DNA of 64,000 nt from Waterburya sp. (GTDB taxonomy: Bacteria > Cyanobacteriota > Cyanobacteriia > Cyanobacteriales > Xenococcaceae): the NCBI GenBank assembly GCA_965217895.1, contig CBDCJV010000002.1:1600001-1664000 (forward strand). Reading direction: 5' to 3'. Positions 21,147 to 30,703 of the stretch are shown one piece after another. Position numbers and translations under genes: made by a program. How positions within the stretch are numbered: position 1 is the stretch's first letter; every line of letters begins with the position of its first letter. A model generated the notes under the pieces. That model had not been told where the DNA came from. It made no database searches and saw only the letters and a program-made list of their open reading frames with translations.

Positions 21147-21705
21147 CCTGTTGGTTTCCTTGTTTGAAGGCTAGTTATTTATTCGGAAACTTTCTGAATA
21201 TCAACCCTATGTGGGACAAGAAACAGGAACTTGCCATATATTTACCCTGTACATGGTGATATCGTGAAACTTTCGGTATATTCGTCAATGATATGCCGAC
21301 TTTTTCTGGATGTCATTTGTTTTTAATCGTGTGGGTAGAGGCGTAAGAAGTCCTCTCAATCCTTGAAAATTTTAATTAGAAGGATTGAAGAGATCGTAAA
21401 CGAAGCAGAAATATCAAGAGTCTTTAATTAGAGATTAGCGAGATAACGATGTTTTTTCAATTTTTATTTTATATTCTCTCCTGTATCATAAAGAGATCGC
21501 CCCAAAGCCCATAGCCAATTCAAGTAAAGTAGCTGTGCAGCAATTTCTTTAATTTTTTCTTTTATGGCTGGGGTCAAATCATCGAGAGTCATGGCGACAT
21601 TTCAAGGGAACTAGATTAATTTTAACGACTCACATAAACATTTTTTGTAACAGACTTTTTGTCTTTTAGTATTGTTTTCTATTTGCTCGATAGCTAGATT
21701 CTTTA

Positions 21706-21860
21706 GTAAACGGTAAAGTCAAATAATGAACTACTCACACTAAATCAAAGATTTAGAATGAGTTTCTAGCTTCGCTGGGTGCTGCCTTACCTTGGTCTTT
21801 CGACCCCGATCTGGTCTTACGCTCCCTTCACTAGCAGAGACGGCTGTTCCATCCGTCTTT
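21706..21860 (-). ncRNA. Predicted TnpB omegaRNA (scaffold overlapping the tnpB 3' end plus flanking guide)
   Basis: TnpB omegaRNAs are known to derive from the element right end. The 3' segment GGAACAGCCGTCTCTGCTAG...GCTAGAAACTC...GAGTAGTTCAT is self-complementary. The 5' boundary is a guess. Confidence 0.55.
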
Positions 21861-22966
21861 ATTATCCTGATGCCTTCTGCTCTGATATTTCGACTTGCAG
21901 CTTCATCCCGATCATGAGTTTTACCGCATGAAGTATTCAAACAAGTCCATTCTCTAATACTCAGATCCATCTTTGGAGTTTGAGTTAGACAATCAGGACA
22001 GATATGAGATGAGGGAAACCATCTGTCTATCTCAACCAGGCGTTTATCTTCCCGCTCTAATTTATAGTCTAGAAAGTTTACGAACATTCCCCACCCAACA
22101 TCAGATATAGCTTTGGCTAATTTGTGGTTACGCACCATGCCTTTCACATTGATATTTTCTATCACAATGACTTTGCTTTCGTTTGTCAATTTTCTACTCA
22201 ACTTGTGTAAGAAATCTTGACGGGCATTACTTATGCGTGCATGAACCTTAGCTACTAATTTTTTGGCTTTTTGTCTGGTTTTACTACCCTTCTGCTTTCT
22301 AGATAATTTTTGTTGTTTACGAGCCAGATTTTTCTCATGCTTTTTAAAGTGTCTAGGATTAGCATACTTGCTAGTCTTAGTCCCATCATGAGCTATACAA
22401 AAATCCTTGATTCCTAGATCTAAGCCAATTATCTTGTCACCGTTGCCAGATACAAAGCAAGCTTCTAGTTCATAGAGAATCGAAGCAAAATATCGATCTG
22501 AACTATCTTTGGTTATAGTTACAGTCTTGATTGTGCCAACATAGCGACGGTCAAATACTGCTTTAACTAATCCAATTTTAGGTAACTTAATCCAGCCTCC
22601 ATCAATTTTTACTGACTGAGGGAAACCAACAGACTGCTTACCATGCTTAGATTTGTATCTAGGAAATCTAGCTCGTTTTTCAAAGAAATTGATAAAAGCA
22701 CGAGACAGATTGAGTGATGTCTGTTGCAGTGATTGAGAATAAACTTCTGTTCTCAACCATTCATGTTCTTTTTTTAGATTAGGCAGCAAAGCATTTAGTC
22801 CTGCACGAGATAGTCCTTTGCCTGTCTCTTTGTAGGTTTCAATACTTTTATTGAGAGCAAAATTCCACCACCAACGAGAACAACCCATAGCACCTGCTAA
22901 TTGCTGTTTTTGCTCGTCAGTCGGATAAATTCGTACTTTCTGTGCTTGTCTAATCATGTCTACCAT
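21740..22966 (-). CDS. tnpB: RNA-guided endonuclease TnpB
   Basis: N-terminal RIYPT..Q HTH, RuvC GLDLG / IVIEN / HDRD, and a CPDC...C.NTSC zinc finger. Confidence 0.95.
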   Translation of the reverse strand: MVDMIRQAQKVRIYPTDEQKQQLAGAMGCSRWWWNFALNKSIETYKETGKGLSRAGLNALLPNLKKEHEWLRTEVYSQSLQQTSLNLSRAFINFFEKRARFPRYKSKHGKQSVGFPQSVKIDGGWIKLPKIGLVKAVFDRRYVGTIKTVTITKDSSDRYFASILYELEACFVSGNGDKIIGLDLGIKDFCIAHDGTKTSKYANPRHFKKHEKNLARKQQKLSRKQKGSKTRQKAKKLVAKVHARISNARQDFLHKLSRKLTNESKVIVIENINVKGMVRNHKLAKAISDVGWGMFVNFLDYKLEREDKRLVEIDRWFPSSHICPDCLTQTPKMDLSIREWTCLNTSCGKTHDRDEAASRNIRAEGIRIIKTDGTAVSASEGSVRPDRGRKTKVRQHPAKLETHSKSLI

Positions 22967-23009
22967 TATATAATAAAGTGATAGAACTGCGCTAGATAAT
23001 TAATTCTGC

Positions 23010-23054
23010 GACGCACTCTGGTCTTGGCGGTTTCCGCCGAGGAAGAAGTGCGTC
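23010..23054. repeat. Small dispersed hairpin repeat
   Basis: GACGCACT...AGTGCGTC outer arms with an inner GGCGG-TTT-CCGCC hairpin; a GC-rich island in AT-rich DNA. Confidence 0.65.
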
Positions 23055-23183
23055 AAGAAGCTTAGTGTCTAGCTCGATTCATCTCCTCCTAAATTCCCAT
23101 CCTTTAAACTTAGAAGGAGAATTCTCTCACAATCCGTTAAAATCAATAAAAATTTTAGCTATTGTTTTGAATTTATCGACATA

Positions 23184-23669
23184 ATGAAGCAGAAATACCA
23201 AGACTTTGTAGTCAGAGATTGGCAGAAAAGCGATCGCACCGCAGCAGCAGAAGTAATTAGAACGGTATTAGAGGAATATGGTTTGCCTTGGCAGCCACAA
23301 TTGGCAGACCTCGATGTGATTGAAGTTGAGTCGGCTTATTTAGAAACTGGAGGGGAATTTTGGGTAGTTGAGAAAAATTCGACTATAGTAGGCACGGCAG
23401 CATATCAACCCATAAGTAGAGGACAAAAGGCTGTTGAAATTCGCAAAATGTACTTATTACCAAAGGTTAGAGGCAAGGGATTGGGTAAATATTTATTGCG
23501 GGAGTTAGAAAAAGCGATCGCTATTAAAGATTATCAAGAAATTTGGCTGGAAACTGCATCTATATTAAAAGAGGCAGTAATATTATACGAACGCAGTGGC
23601 TATCAACCTGTCAATGATGTGGAAACAGAAAGATGTGATTTAGCTTATCTTAAAAAAATACATCCTTAG
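23184..23669 (+). CDS. GNAT family N-acetyltransferase
   Basis: EIRKMYLLPKVRGKGLG, LET...LKEA..LYE..GY. Confidence 0.9.
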   Translation: MKQKYQDFVVRDWQKSDRTAAAEVIRTVLEEYGLPWQPQLADLDVIEVESAYLETGGEFWVVEKNSTIVGTAAYQPISRGQKAVEIRKMYLLPKVRGKGLGKYLLRELEKAIAIKDYQEIWLETASILKEAVILYERSGYQPVNDVETERCDLAYLKKIHP

Positions 23670-23694
23670 ATATATAAATAGAAGCAAATAAGAT

Positions 23695-24735
23695 ATGTTT
23701 TTATTAGCTGGAGATATTGGCGGAACCAAGACTATTTTACGTTTAGTAGAGGTCACTGAAGTCACGTTGACAGAAAAGACTTTTAAAACGGTCAAGGATA
23801 CACAATACATTAGTGCTAGTTTTCCTGATTTAGTGCCGATGGTGCGGGAGTTTTTGGCACAGGATAAATATATTAAACCGCAAATAGCCTGTTTTGCGAT
23901 CGCTGGCCCAGTTGTTAATAATACCTGTAGCCTCACTAACCTTAACTGGGTTTTGGATACACAACGGCTAGAAATAGAATTAGACATACCCCAAATTAGC
24001 CTGATCAATGATTTTGCTGCCAATAGCTTCGGCATTTTGGGCTTAAAAGATTTTGATGTCCATACTCTACAGGCAGGAGAAGCCAGAGAAGATGCTCCTA
24101 TCGCCGTAATTGGTGCAGGAACGGGATTAGGGGAAGCTTTTCTAATTCCTCAAGGGAAAAAATATAAAATTTTTGCCAGCGAAGGAGGACACGCAGATTT
24201 TGCCCCTCGCAATGACTTGGAAATCAAGCTGCTGAAATATTTGCGGAATAAATTGAAAGTCGAACATATTTCAGTAGAAAGAGTAGTTTCTGGACAGGGA
24301 ATTGCCTCGATTTATCAGTTTTTGCGGGATACTAAATTTGCCAGCGAATCGCCTGAAATTGGCGATCGCATCAGGGCTTGGGAAAGAGAACCGAAAAAAA
24401 CTATCGATCCTGCTGCAATTATTGCTCAAGCAGCATTTAAACAAAGCGATCGCCTTTGTGAGAAAACCATGACCATATTTATTGAAGCTTATGGCGCAGA
24501 GACGGGTAATCTAGCTTTAAAACTGCTTTCCTATGGTGGAATTTACATTGCAGGAGGTATTGCAGCCAAAATTTTACCTTTAATGCAGGAAGGTAGATTC
24601 CTAAATACTTTCAAGGACAAGGGTAGAGTCAGTACTCTGATCCAAGAAATTCCTGTCCATATTGTTTTAAATCCCCAGGTAGGTCTAGTTGGTTCGGTAC
24701 TTTATGGATTGCAGCACCAAGAGATAGATCGTTGA
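23695..24735 (+). CDS. glk: Glucokinase
   Basis: LAGDIGGTKT, AIAGPV, LINDF, GAGTGLG, SEGGH and ERVVSG. Confidence 0.95.
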   Translation: MFLLAGDIGGTKTILRLVEVTEVTLTEKTFKTVKDTQYISASFPDLVPMVREFLAQDKYIKPQIACFAIAGPVVNNTCSLTNLNWVLDTQRLEIELDIPQISLINDFAANSFGILGLKDFDVHTLQAGEAREDAPIAVIGAGTGLGEAFLIPQGKKYKIFASEGGHADFAPRNDLEIKLLKYLRNKLKVEHISVERVVSGQGIASIYQFLRDTKFASESPEIGDRIRAWEREPKKTIDPAAIIAQAAFKQSDRLCEKTMTIFIEAYGAETGNLALKLLSYGGIYIAGGIAAKILPLMQEGRFLNTFKDKGRVSTLIQEIPVHIVLNPQVGLVGSVLYGLQHQEIDR

Positions 24736-24795
24736 ACTTTAGCCAAATTAGTTAAACTCAAGTTTATTCTTAACTTGTCAGCTTTTTTGTCTTAA

Positions 24796-26547
24796 ATGTT
24801 GAAACAAATTAAAGATCGTCATAACAACAGCAGTAATTGGCTGCATCTACTGTTATTATTAGGCTGGCTAGTAGTTGGGATGGCTCTAAGATTCGCCAAT
24901 TTAGATGCTAAACCTGCTTCCTCGATTGAAATTGCGACTATGGGTTTTAGTTTGGGTCATGGTTTTGCCCAAATTCCCCTAGATCGAGTTATTTCCGAAT
25001 CAACTTTGCTATCTCCCTTGAGATTTGATGCAGCAGTTAGTTATGGTGATATAGTCAATCACTTGATGACGGAAAGTACTCATCCACCACTCTATTTTTG
25101 GCTAACCTTTTGGTGGACAAAGTTATTTTCCAGTAATGGAGAAATAGATGCTTCTTTAGAGATTGGGCGATCGCTAAGTGCTATTTTCGGTAGTTTAGCA
25201 ATTCCCGCTATCTTTGGTTTGAGTTGGGTAGCTTTTCGTTCTCGGTTAGTAGCTCACCTAGCAGCTTTACTGATGGCTATTTCTCCCTATGGTATTTATC
25301 TTGCTCAAGAAGCTCGTCACTATACCTTGAGCATCTTATGGATTATTGCTTCACTCACCTGTCTAATGGTGGCTACTCAGTGTATAAATCGGCGAACTAA
25401 GCTGCCAATTTGGGTAGGCTGCGTTTGGGTATTAGTTAATAGTCTTGGTATGGCTACTCATTATTTCTTCTGTTTGGCTTTAGGGGCAGAAGCTTTGGTA
25501 ATAATGGGACTATGGTATTGGGACTTTAACAGTCAAGAAAGAGCTTCGTTTAGCTTTAGTTATTGGTGGCGTATTGGTGCGGTGGGTTTAGGAACTTTAG
25601 TCGGCTGTTTGGTATGGCTACCTGTAGCTAGCGGTGTTTCTGATAACGAATTAACTGATTGGATTCAAACCAGCTATGACTTAGATGATATTTGGCAGCC
25701 CATTCCTCGTCTACTGGCTTGGTTAATTACGATGGTGATGCTGTTGCCCATTGAAGGTACGCCGACGGCAGTAATAGTCATCTCAGCTTTGGTAGTTGTG
25801 CTGGTTTTAGTCTGGCTGATACCAGCTTTAATTCGAGGCGGTAAATCATCACTGGATAGCCAATTTGGTCTGCCTCTCAAAGTTTTAATCGGTTATTGGC
25901 TAGGAGCAATCCTAATCTATTTAGTGGTTATCTATGGATTGGGTAAAGACATTTCTTTAGCTGCTCGCTATCATTTTGTTTATTTTCCAGTAGTTATAGT
26001 TTTGATTGCTGTGGCTTTGGCTAATCGGTGGCAAGTTAAAGCATCGATAAGTACTAAACGCCATTGGTTTTATGGAGAGGGAAAAAGAGTAGCTGTAATT
26101 GTTCTCTTGATGGGATTTATTGGCTCTCTAACTGTGATTAATAATTATGGGTTTCAAAAATCTCGACACTCAGATAGTCTAGCGGGTCATATTTTAGCTA
26201 CTTCAACAGTTCCCGCTTTAGTTACCACGACCTATGAAACCTCTTCTCAACTGCGAGAATTAATCGCTCTGGCACTCTCTTTTGAGCGTGTAGGTCAGAC
26301 TAAATTTTTGTCTCGTAAGCCGAAATTTCCTCAATTTTTATTAGTTCGACAGAAAGATACGAATAACCAAGATGTAAGCTTTTCTACCTTAAGTAAAATT
26401 TTGGCATCCCAGCCCAAGCCATTAGATTTATGGGGTATAAATTTAAAAATAGATTCAGAGAATTTAAGTCAGCTTAACTGTATTGAAGATAGTGAATCTC
26501 AATTATCAGATAGTGGTTATCAAAATCATTTGTATCATTGTCGCTAG
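24796..26547 (+). CDS. GT-C fold membrane glycosyltransferase (family 39-like)
   Basis: Multi-TM protein with ESTHPPLYF and AQEARHY motifs. Confidence 0.8.
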   Translation: MLKQIKDRHNNSSNWLHLLLLLGWLVVGMALRFANLDAKPASSIEIATMGFSLGHGFAQIPLDRVISESTLLSPLRFDAAVSYGDIVNHLMTESTHPPLYFWLTFWWTKLFSSNGEIDASLEIGRSLSAIFGSLAIPAIFGLSWVAFRSRLVAHLAALLMAISPYGIYLAQEARHYTLSILWIIASLTCLMVATQCINRRTKLPIWVGCVWVLVNSLGMATHYFFCLALGAEALVIMGLWYWDFNSQERASFSFSYWWRIGAVGLGTLVGCLVWLPVASGVSDNELTDWIQTSYDLDDIWQPIPRLLAWLITMVMLLPIEGTPTAVIVISALVVVLVLVWLIPALIRGGKSSLDSQFGLPLKVLIGYWLGAILIYLVVIYGLGKDISLAARYHFVYFPVVIVLIAVALANRWQVKASISTKRHWFYGEGKRVAVIVLLMGFIGSLTVINNYGFQKSRHSDSLAGHILATSTVPALVTTTYETSSQLRELIALALSFERVGQTKFLSRKPKFPQFLLVRQKDTNNQDVSFSTLSKILASQPKPLDLWGINLKIDSENLSQLNCIEDSESQLSDSGYQNHLYHCR

Positions 26548-26658
26548 ATTATCCAAAATAGTTTTGGCGATTTTACTACGCACTGCTGCTTTTAATCTTG
26601 CAAACTTCTTGACATTTATGTTTTATGTTCCAAGAATTTAGTTTAATAAATAATCTGC

Positions 26659-28290
26659 ATGAAACAAGAGCGATATCTTTATTTAACTCTGGCGATCGCC
26701 TTAATCTTACTACTGATTAACCTCAATAGTTGGGGTGTTATCGAAGCTAGCGAAGCCCGCTATGCAGAAATTAGCCGTGAAATGTTTCGTTCTGGCAATT
26801 TACTTCAGCCGACGCTGCTTAATATTTTTCACTTTCATAAGCCACCTGTAACCTTTTGGCTGACAGATTTAGGGTTTGAATTATTTGGCATAAATGCCTT
26901 TGGAGCAAGATTTTTTTTGCAGTTTTCCCTAATTTTGCAGGGTATACTAATCTATCTCATTAGCCAGCGATTGTTTGCAGTGCGGGTTAGATCGATTTTA
27001 GCTGTTATGATCTATCTTTCTTTTCCCCTCAGCATAATGTCGGCTCGCAATCTAACTACCGATAATTTTCTAACTACGTTAACGTTAGCGGTTATCTATG
27101 CCATGACGGTTTACTATTGTCAGAGGCAGATATGGGGTATTTATGCTGCTGCCTTATTTATTGGCATCGGCTTTTTGACTAAAGGACCAGCAATTTTTGT
27201 CGTACCTTTTTTCTATTGGTTTTATTTGCTAATTGCGCGTCGGCTGAACTACCGAGTGCCAATTAAGCATCTAATAATTTCCTTGGTTTTGTGTCTGACT
27301 TTGGGGCTTTCCTGGTATGTGGTGGTTGCTCAACAGCTACCATCCCTCACCGATTATTTTCTAGGAAGACAACTGGCAGATAGGGTACTAGACGCAGAGA
27401 CTTTCCATCGAACCGAACCAGGATGGTATTACCTGCTTGTTTTTAGTACCACTACTCTACCCTGGTTTCTCGTTTATATTGCTAGCTTATTTCGTCCAGG
27501 CTACAGGCTAGTAAAAAATGTTGATGCTTGTCAACTTTCTCTTTATTGGCTGCTGCTGCCATTTATCATTTTCAGCTTAACCAGTTCAAAACTAATGATG
27601 TACCTGTTGCCAATCTATCCAGGGTTGGCGATGATTTTGGCTGGTTTGATTACCGAGATGAATAACTCCGACCTCAAATGGTTTACCAGAATATTCATTG
27701 GGTTTTACTGGCTGTTAGGAGCGATCGCTTTGTTTGCTCCATTTTTCATCAGCGTCTCAGGAGCAGATTTGACAATAACTTGGCAAATGATAATTTCAGC
27801 ACTGCTTATATTTGCCTTACCAATATCAATCTATCGATTAGTGAAACATGATTCTAGATTGCGACTGAGTGCGATCGCTTTATTTTCTATGCTGACTTTC
27901 ATTATCTACGGTGGCTATTTAATCGGCGCAAATGAGCTATCGTTTGGGGGAACTCGTCCGATTGCCAAATTTATTGAGGCTAAAGGGCTAGAAGATGAAC
28001 CTGTTCTAGTTTATAACAAGCTCTTGCCATCTCTAGCTTTCAATCTTGACCGCAATATTATTACTCTCAACGACGGTGGCGTAGAGCGCGAAACTCAATT
28101 TCAAACTAACGATCAATGGAAAAAATTTTGGATAGACATCCGTGAGCCAACTTCAGCAGAACCTTTGAGAAATCTTGTCAAATCGCCTTCGGTTTTAGTG
28201 ACGAAAAAAAAGCTGCCTGACGAGTGGAGTTGGCTTACACAAAGCTACGATCGGTCTGAATTCTTGGGCAAATGGACTATCTACTATTAA
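26659..28290 (+). CDS. ArnT-like membrane glycosyltransferase
   Basis: EARYAEISREM, HKPP..FW, FLTKGP and SK...YLLP. Confidence 0.85.
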   Translation: MKQERYLYLTLAIALILLLINLNSWGVIEASEARYAEISREMFRSGNLLQPTLLNIFHFHKPPVTFWLTDLGFELFGINAFGARFFLQFSLILQGILIYLISQRLFAVRVRSILAVMIYLSFPLSIMSARNLTTDNFLTTLTLAVIYAMTVYYCQRQIWGIYAAALFIGIGFLTKGPAIFVVPFFYWFYLLIARRLNYRVPIKHLIISLVLCLTLGLSWYVVVAQQLPSLTDYFLGRQLADRVLDAETFHRTEPGWYYLLVFSTTTLPWFLVYIASLFRPGYRLVKNVDACQLSLYWLLLPFIIFSLTSSKLMMYLLPIYPGLAMILAGLITEMNNSDLKWFTRIFIGFYWLLGAIALFAPFFISVSGADLTITWQMIISALLIFALPISIYRLVKHDSRLRLSAIALFSMLTFIIYGGYLIGANELSFGGTRPIAKFIEAKGLEDEPVLVYNKLLPSLAFNLDRNIITLNDGGVERETQFQTNDQWKKFWIDIREPTSAEPLRNLVKSPSVLVTKKKLPDEWSWLTQSYDRSEFLGKWTIYY

Positions 28291-28313
28291 CCTTAAATTT
28301 CTAAGTTACTAAA

Positions 28314-28979
28314 TTGAAGATTAATTTTAATCATCCTTGGGTCAAAACCGTAGCCGAAGCTAAGGAAATTCAGGAGCAATTAAGACATCAGGTAATTACC
28401 ACAGACTCTTTGGGAGAAGTTAAATATGTAGCTGGGGTAGATATTGGCTTTGAAGCTAACTATACTATTTCCAAAGCAGCAGTAGTAATATTGAGTTATC
28501 CAGAATTAGAGTTAGTCGAAAAAGCGATCGCTCGTATTCCTACAGCCTTTCCTTATGTGCCTGGATATCTTTCTTTTCGCGAAATTCCTGCAATTTTGGC
28601 AGCCTTTCCGCAGTTGAATACTCTTCCTGACCTTATTCTATGTGATGGTCAAGGTTTGGCTCATCCTCGTCGCCTTGGGTTGGCATCTCATTTAGGAGTG
28701 CTGTTAGATATTCCCACTATTGGAGTAGCAAAATCCTTGTTTATTGGTAAACACGAAGAAGTTGCTTTAGCCAAAGGTAGCCAGCAGCCTTTAATAGATA
28801 AGGATGAAACTATTGGCATGGTATTGCGATCGCGCACTAAAGTAAAACCTATTTATGTATCAATTGGACACAAGATCAGTTTGCCCACGGCGATCGAATA
28901 TGTGATGGGCTGTTTGACAAAATACCGTTTGCCTGAAACTACTAGATGGGCGGATAAATTGGCTTCTCAAAAGCAATGA
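28314..28979 (+). CDS. nfi: Endonuclease V
   Basis: VAGVD, FPYVPGYLSFRE, CDGQGLAHPRRLGLA and RLPETTRWAD. Confidence 0.95.
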   Translation: MKINFNHPWVKTVAEAKEIQEQLRHQVITTDSLGEVKYVAGVDIGFEANYTISKAAVVILSYPELELVEKAIARIPTAFPYVPGYLSFREIPAILAAFPQLNTLPDLILCDGQGLAHPRRLGLASHLGVLLDIPTIGVAKSLFIGKHEEVALAKGSQQPLIDKDETIGMVLRSRTKVKPIYVSIGHKISLPTAIEYVMGCLTKYRLPETTRWADKLASQKQ

Positions 28980-29028
28980 TATTACAGCAGTTTTCATGCT
29001 TGATGGACTACGCTTTTAATTAACTGGT

Positions 29029-29063
29029 TTTTAGCTTTTAGCTTTTAGCTTTTAGCTTTTTAG
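29029..29063. repeat. Short tandem heptamer repeat (TTTTAGC, 4-5 copies)
   Basis: Directly visible between convergent genes. Confidence 0.85.
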
Positions 29064-29069
29064 ATAAAG

Positions 29070-29303
29070 TTACAAGTTAGCTCTTCTTCTTCTAGAAAAT
29101 AATAAGGGAATGAACCAGCCAATAATTATGCCTGCTGCACCACAAAAAGTTAACAAGACTCCTACAGGTATGTTAATAGATTGAAATGTCAGAAACTTAA
29201 GGGATACAGGTTTAATATTTTGAATTGAGAAAATGGCGATCGCTGCAATATAACCTGCCCACATCGAAGAATTTAATAGACCTACAAATGCTTTCATGAG
29301 CAA
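29070..29303 (-). CDS. Small membrane protein, LapA/DUF1049-like
   Basis: AIAIFSIQN..PVSLKFL.F.SI.IP.G and two TM helices. Confidence 0.7.
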   Translation of the reverse strand: MLMKAFVGLLNSSMWAGYIAAIAIFSIQNIKPVSLKFLTFQSINIPVGVLLTFCGAAGIIIGWFIPLLFSRRRRANL

Positions 29304-29311
29304 TAAAAAAG

Positions 29312-29878
29312 TTAAAACAATAAAAGTTGATCTAGGGCAATTTCCAGATCGGGAAAAGCCAAAGGAGAAATTGAACCATCAGTATATTCTGTTATTTTAG
29401 AATAGCTATTGTTTTGAGGATGAATATGAACAATTAGCTTTTTATTGACCAAATCTATTACCCAATACTCTTGAATGTTGTTACTAGCATAAATGATACT
29501 TTTTTCTGCTAAATCTTTACTTAAAGTTTTGTTAGAAACCTCGATCAACCAATAAATATCTTCAGGATATGGATGATGCTCAGTATAAATAGTCTTAGGT
29601 AATCTAACTACTGCAATATCTGGTTCTGGTTCGCTTGCCTTAAAAGAGAGGGAATTGTTTAAAGTAATTGGATGAGATTCACGTATTTTAGCTAATCCTT
29701 TGAGTTTTGTTCGTAGTAGCTCTGCCACATCATCATTAGTATAGCTATGTTCTTCTCGTTCTGGACTCATTTCAACTATTTCACCATCTAACAACTCAAC
29801 AGATTTTCCTTCTAATAGTCCAGATTCAATTAGCAGGTGATATTCTTCAATTGACCATTTATAAGTAGTTATAGTCAT
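29312..29878 (-). CDS. Uma2 family endonuclease
   Basis: KWSIEEYH, VELLDGEIVEMSP, EPEPDIAV, WLIEVS and EYWVIDL. Confidence 0.9.
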   Translation of the reverse strand: MTITTYKWSIEEYHLLIESGLLEGKSVELLDGEIVEMSPEREEHSYTNDDVAELLRTKLKGLAKIRESHPITLNNSLSFKASEPEPDIAVVRLPKTIYTEHHPYPEDIYWLIEVSNKTLSKDLAEKSIIYASNNIQEYWVIDLVNKKLIVHIHPQNNSYSKITEYTDGSISPLAFPDLEIALDQLLLF

Positions 29879-29948
29879 AATTTCAACTTATAATTCAAGC
29901 AAATTTTTTCTTCATTCCTTATCCCTTATCCCTTATCCCTCAAAAATC

Positions 29949-30662
29949 CTACTGCACACCGATAGACTGACCTCCAGGAAGTTCAGAACCGAGTATAGTA
30001 CGGATTTTTATCGGCGCGTTTTGAGCTTGGGGTTCCCAACCTACCTGATACCCAGCATCCCAAGCTTGTTTTCTAGCTGCGCGAAAAGTCTCAAAGCTAT
30101 CTGGTCTAACAATAAATACCAAATAGTCTTGATTGGGTTTATGTTGAGACAAAACTTCTTTAAACTGAGAATCTGCTGCTGCTAGCTGGCTGTTTGTCTC
30201 CCCTACCTCTTCAGATATTGGTCTGAAGAGCAAAGATACACCTTCGTCTACGGCTTGAACCTCATAGTTTTTGGTGCTAGTTCTAAAGTTGCTTTGACGA
30301 CCCAAAACGCTTAGTAAACAAGACTGGTAATTACTTAGACTCGCAGGTGAATCTAAGCCGTTTGCTGGTTTATTGCAGTTAGGCAGGTTCTCTGTCAATT
30401 CCAGTTCTTTTTCTCTTACTTGACGTAGGTTTAGGTAGATTACTTTGTTGTTTTTTATTTCAAACCACAGAGACTCTTTTTTGGTTGGAGAGGATAAAGG
30501 AGTCTGAATTGTTACCGTAGTTTTAGGATTACTACCAGTGGCGATCAAAGTTACAAACAAACTAATAAACATCAATACGCCAACAGTGTTTGTCAGAATA
30601 TCTAAAAAAGAATCTAAATTTTGGCTGGCATAATTGGTTTTTCGCCTTGCTCTGCTTCTCAT
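29949..30662 (-). CDS. ExbD/TolR-like single-pass protein (Asp-containing TM)
   Basis: Basic N-terminus, TM LDSFLDILTNTVGVL and C-terminal FIVRPDS...VGWEP; in an operon with the MotA/ExbB gene. Confidence 0.6.
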   Translation of the reverse strand: MRSRARRKTNYASQNLDSFLDILTNTVGVLMFISLFVTLIATGSNPKTTVTIQTPLSSPTKKESLWFEIKNNKVIYLNLRQVREKELELTENLPNCNKPANGLDSPASLSNYQSCLLSVLGRQSNFRTSTKNYEVQAVDEGVSLLFRPISEEVGETNSQLAAADSQFKEVLSQHKPNQDYLVFIVRPDSFETFRAARKQAWDAGYQVGWEPQAQNAPIKIRTILGSELPGGQSIGVQ

Positions 30663-30703
30663 TAATAATTTTAGTTTTTAAATTTTAGTTTATTTTGTTA
30701 GTT

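Larger units (their letters stand above)
21726..23141 (-). mobile_element. IS200/IS605-family (IS1341-like, tnpB-only) element
   Basis: Left-end hairpin TCTCCTTCTAA...TTAGGAGGAGA, preceded by TTGAT (23142-23146). The right end reads ...GTGTGAGTAGTTCAT. There is no tnpA. Ends are approximate to 1-2 nt. Confidence 0.75.

Noticed and set aside
21320..21720. Integron integrase expected upstream of the cassettes
   Set aside because: No tyrosine-recombinase ORF or motif is present, only short decayed frames such as MTLDDLTPAIKEN*.
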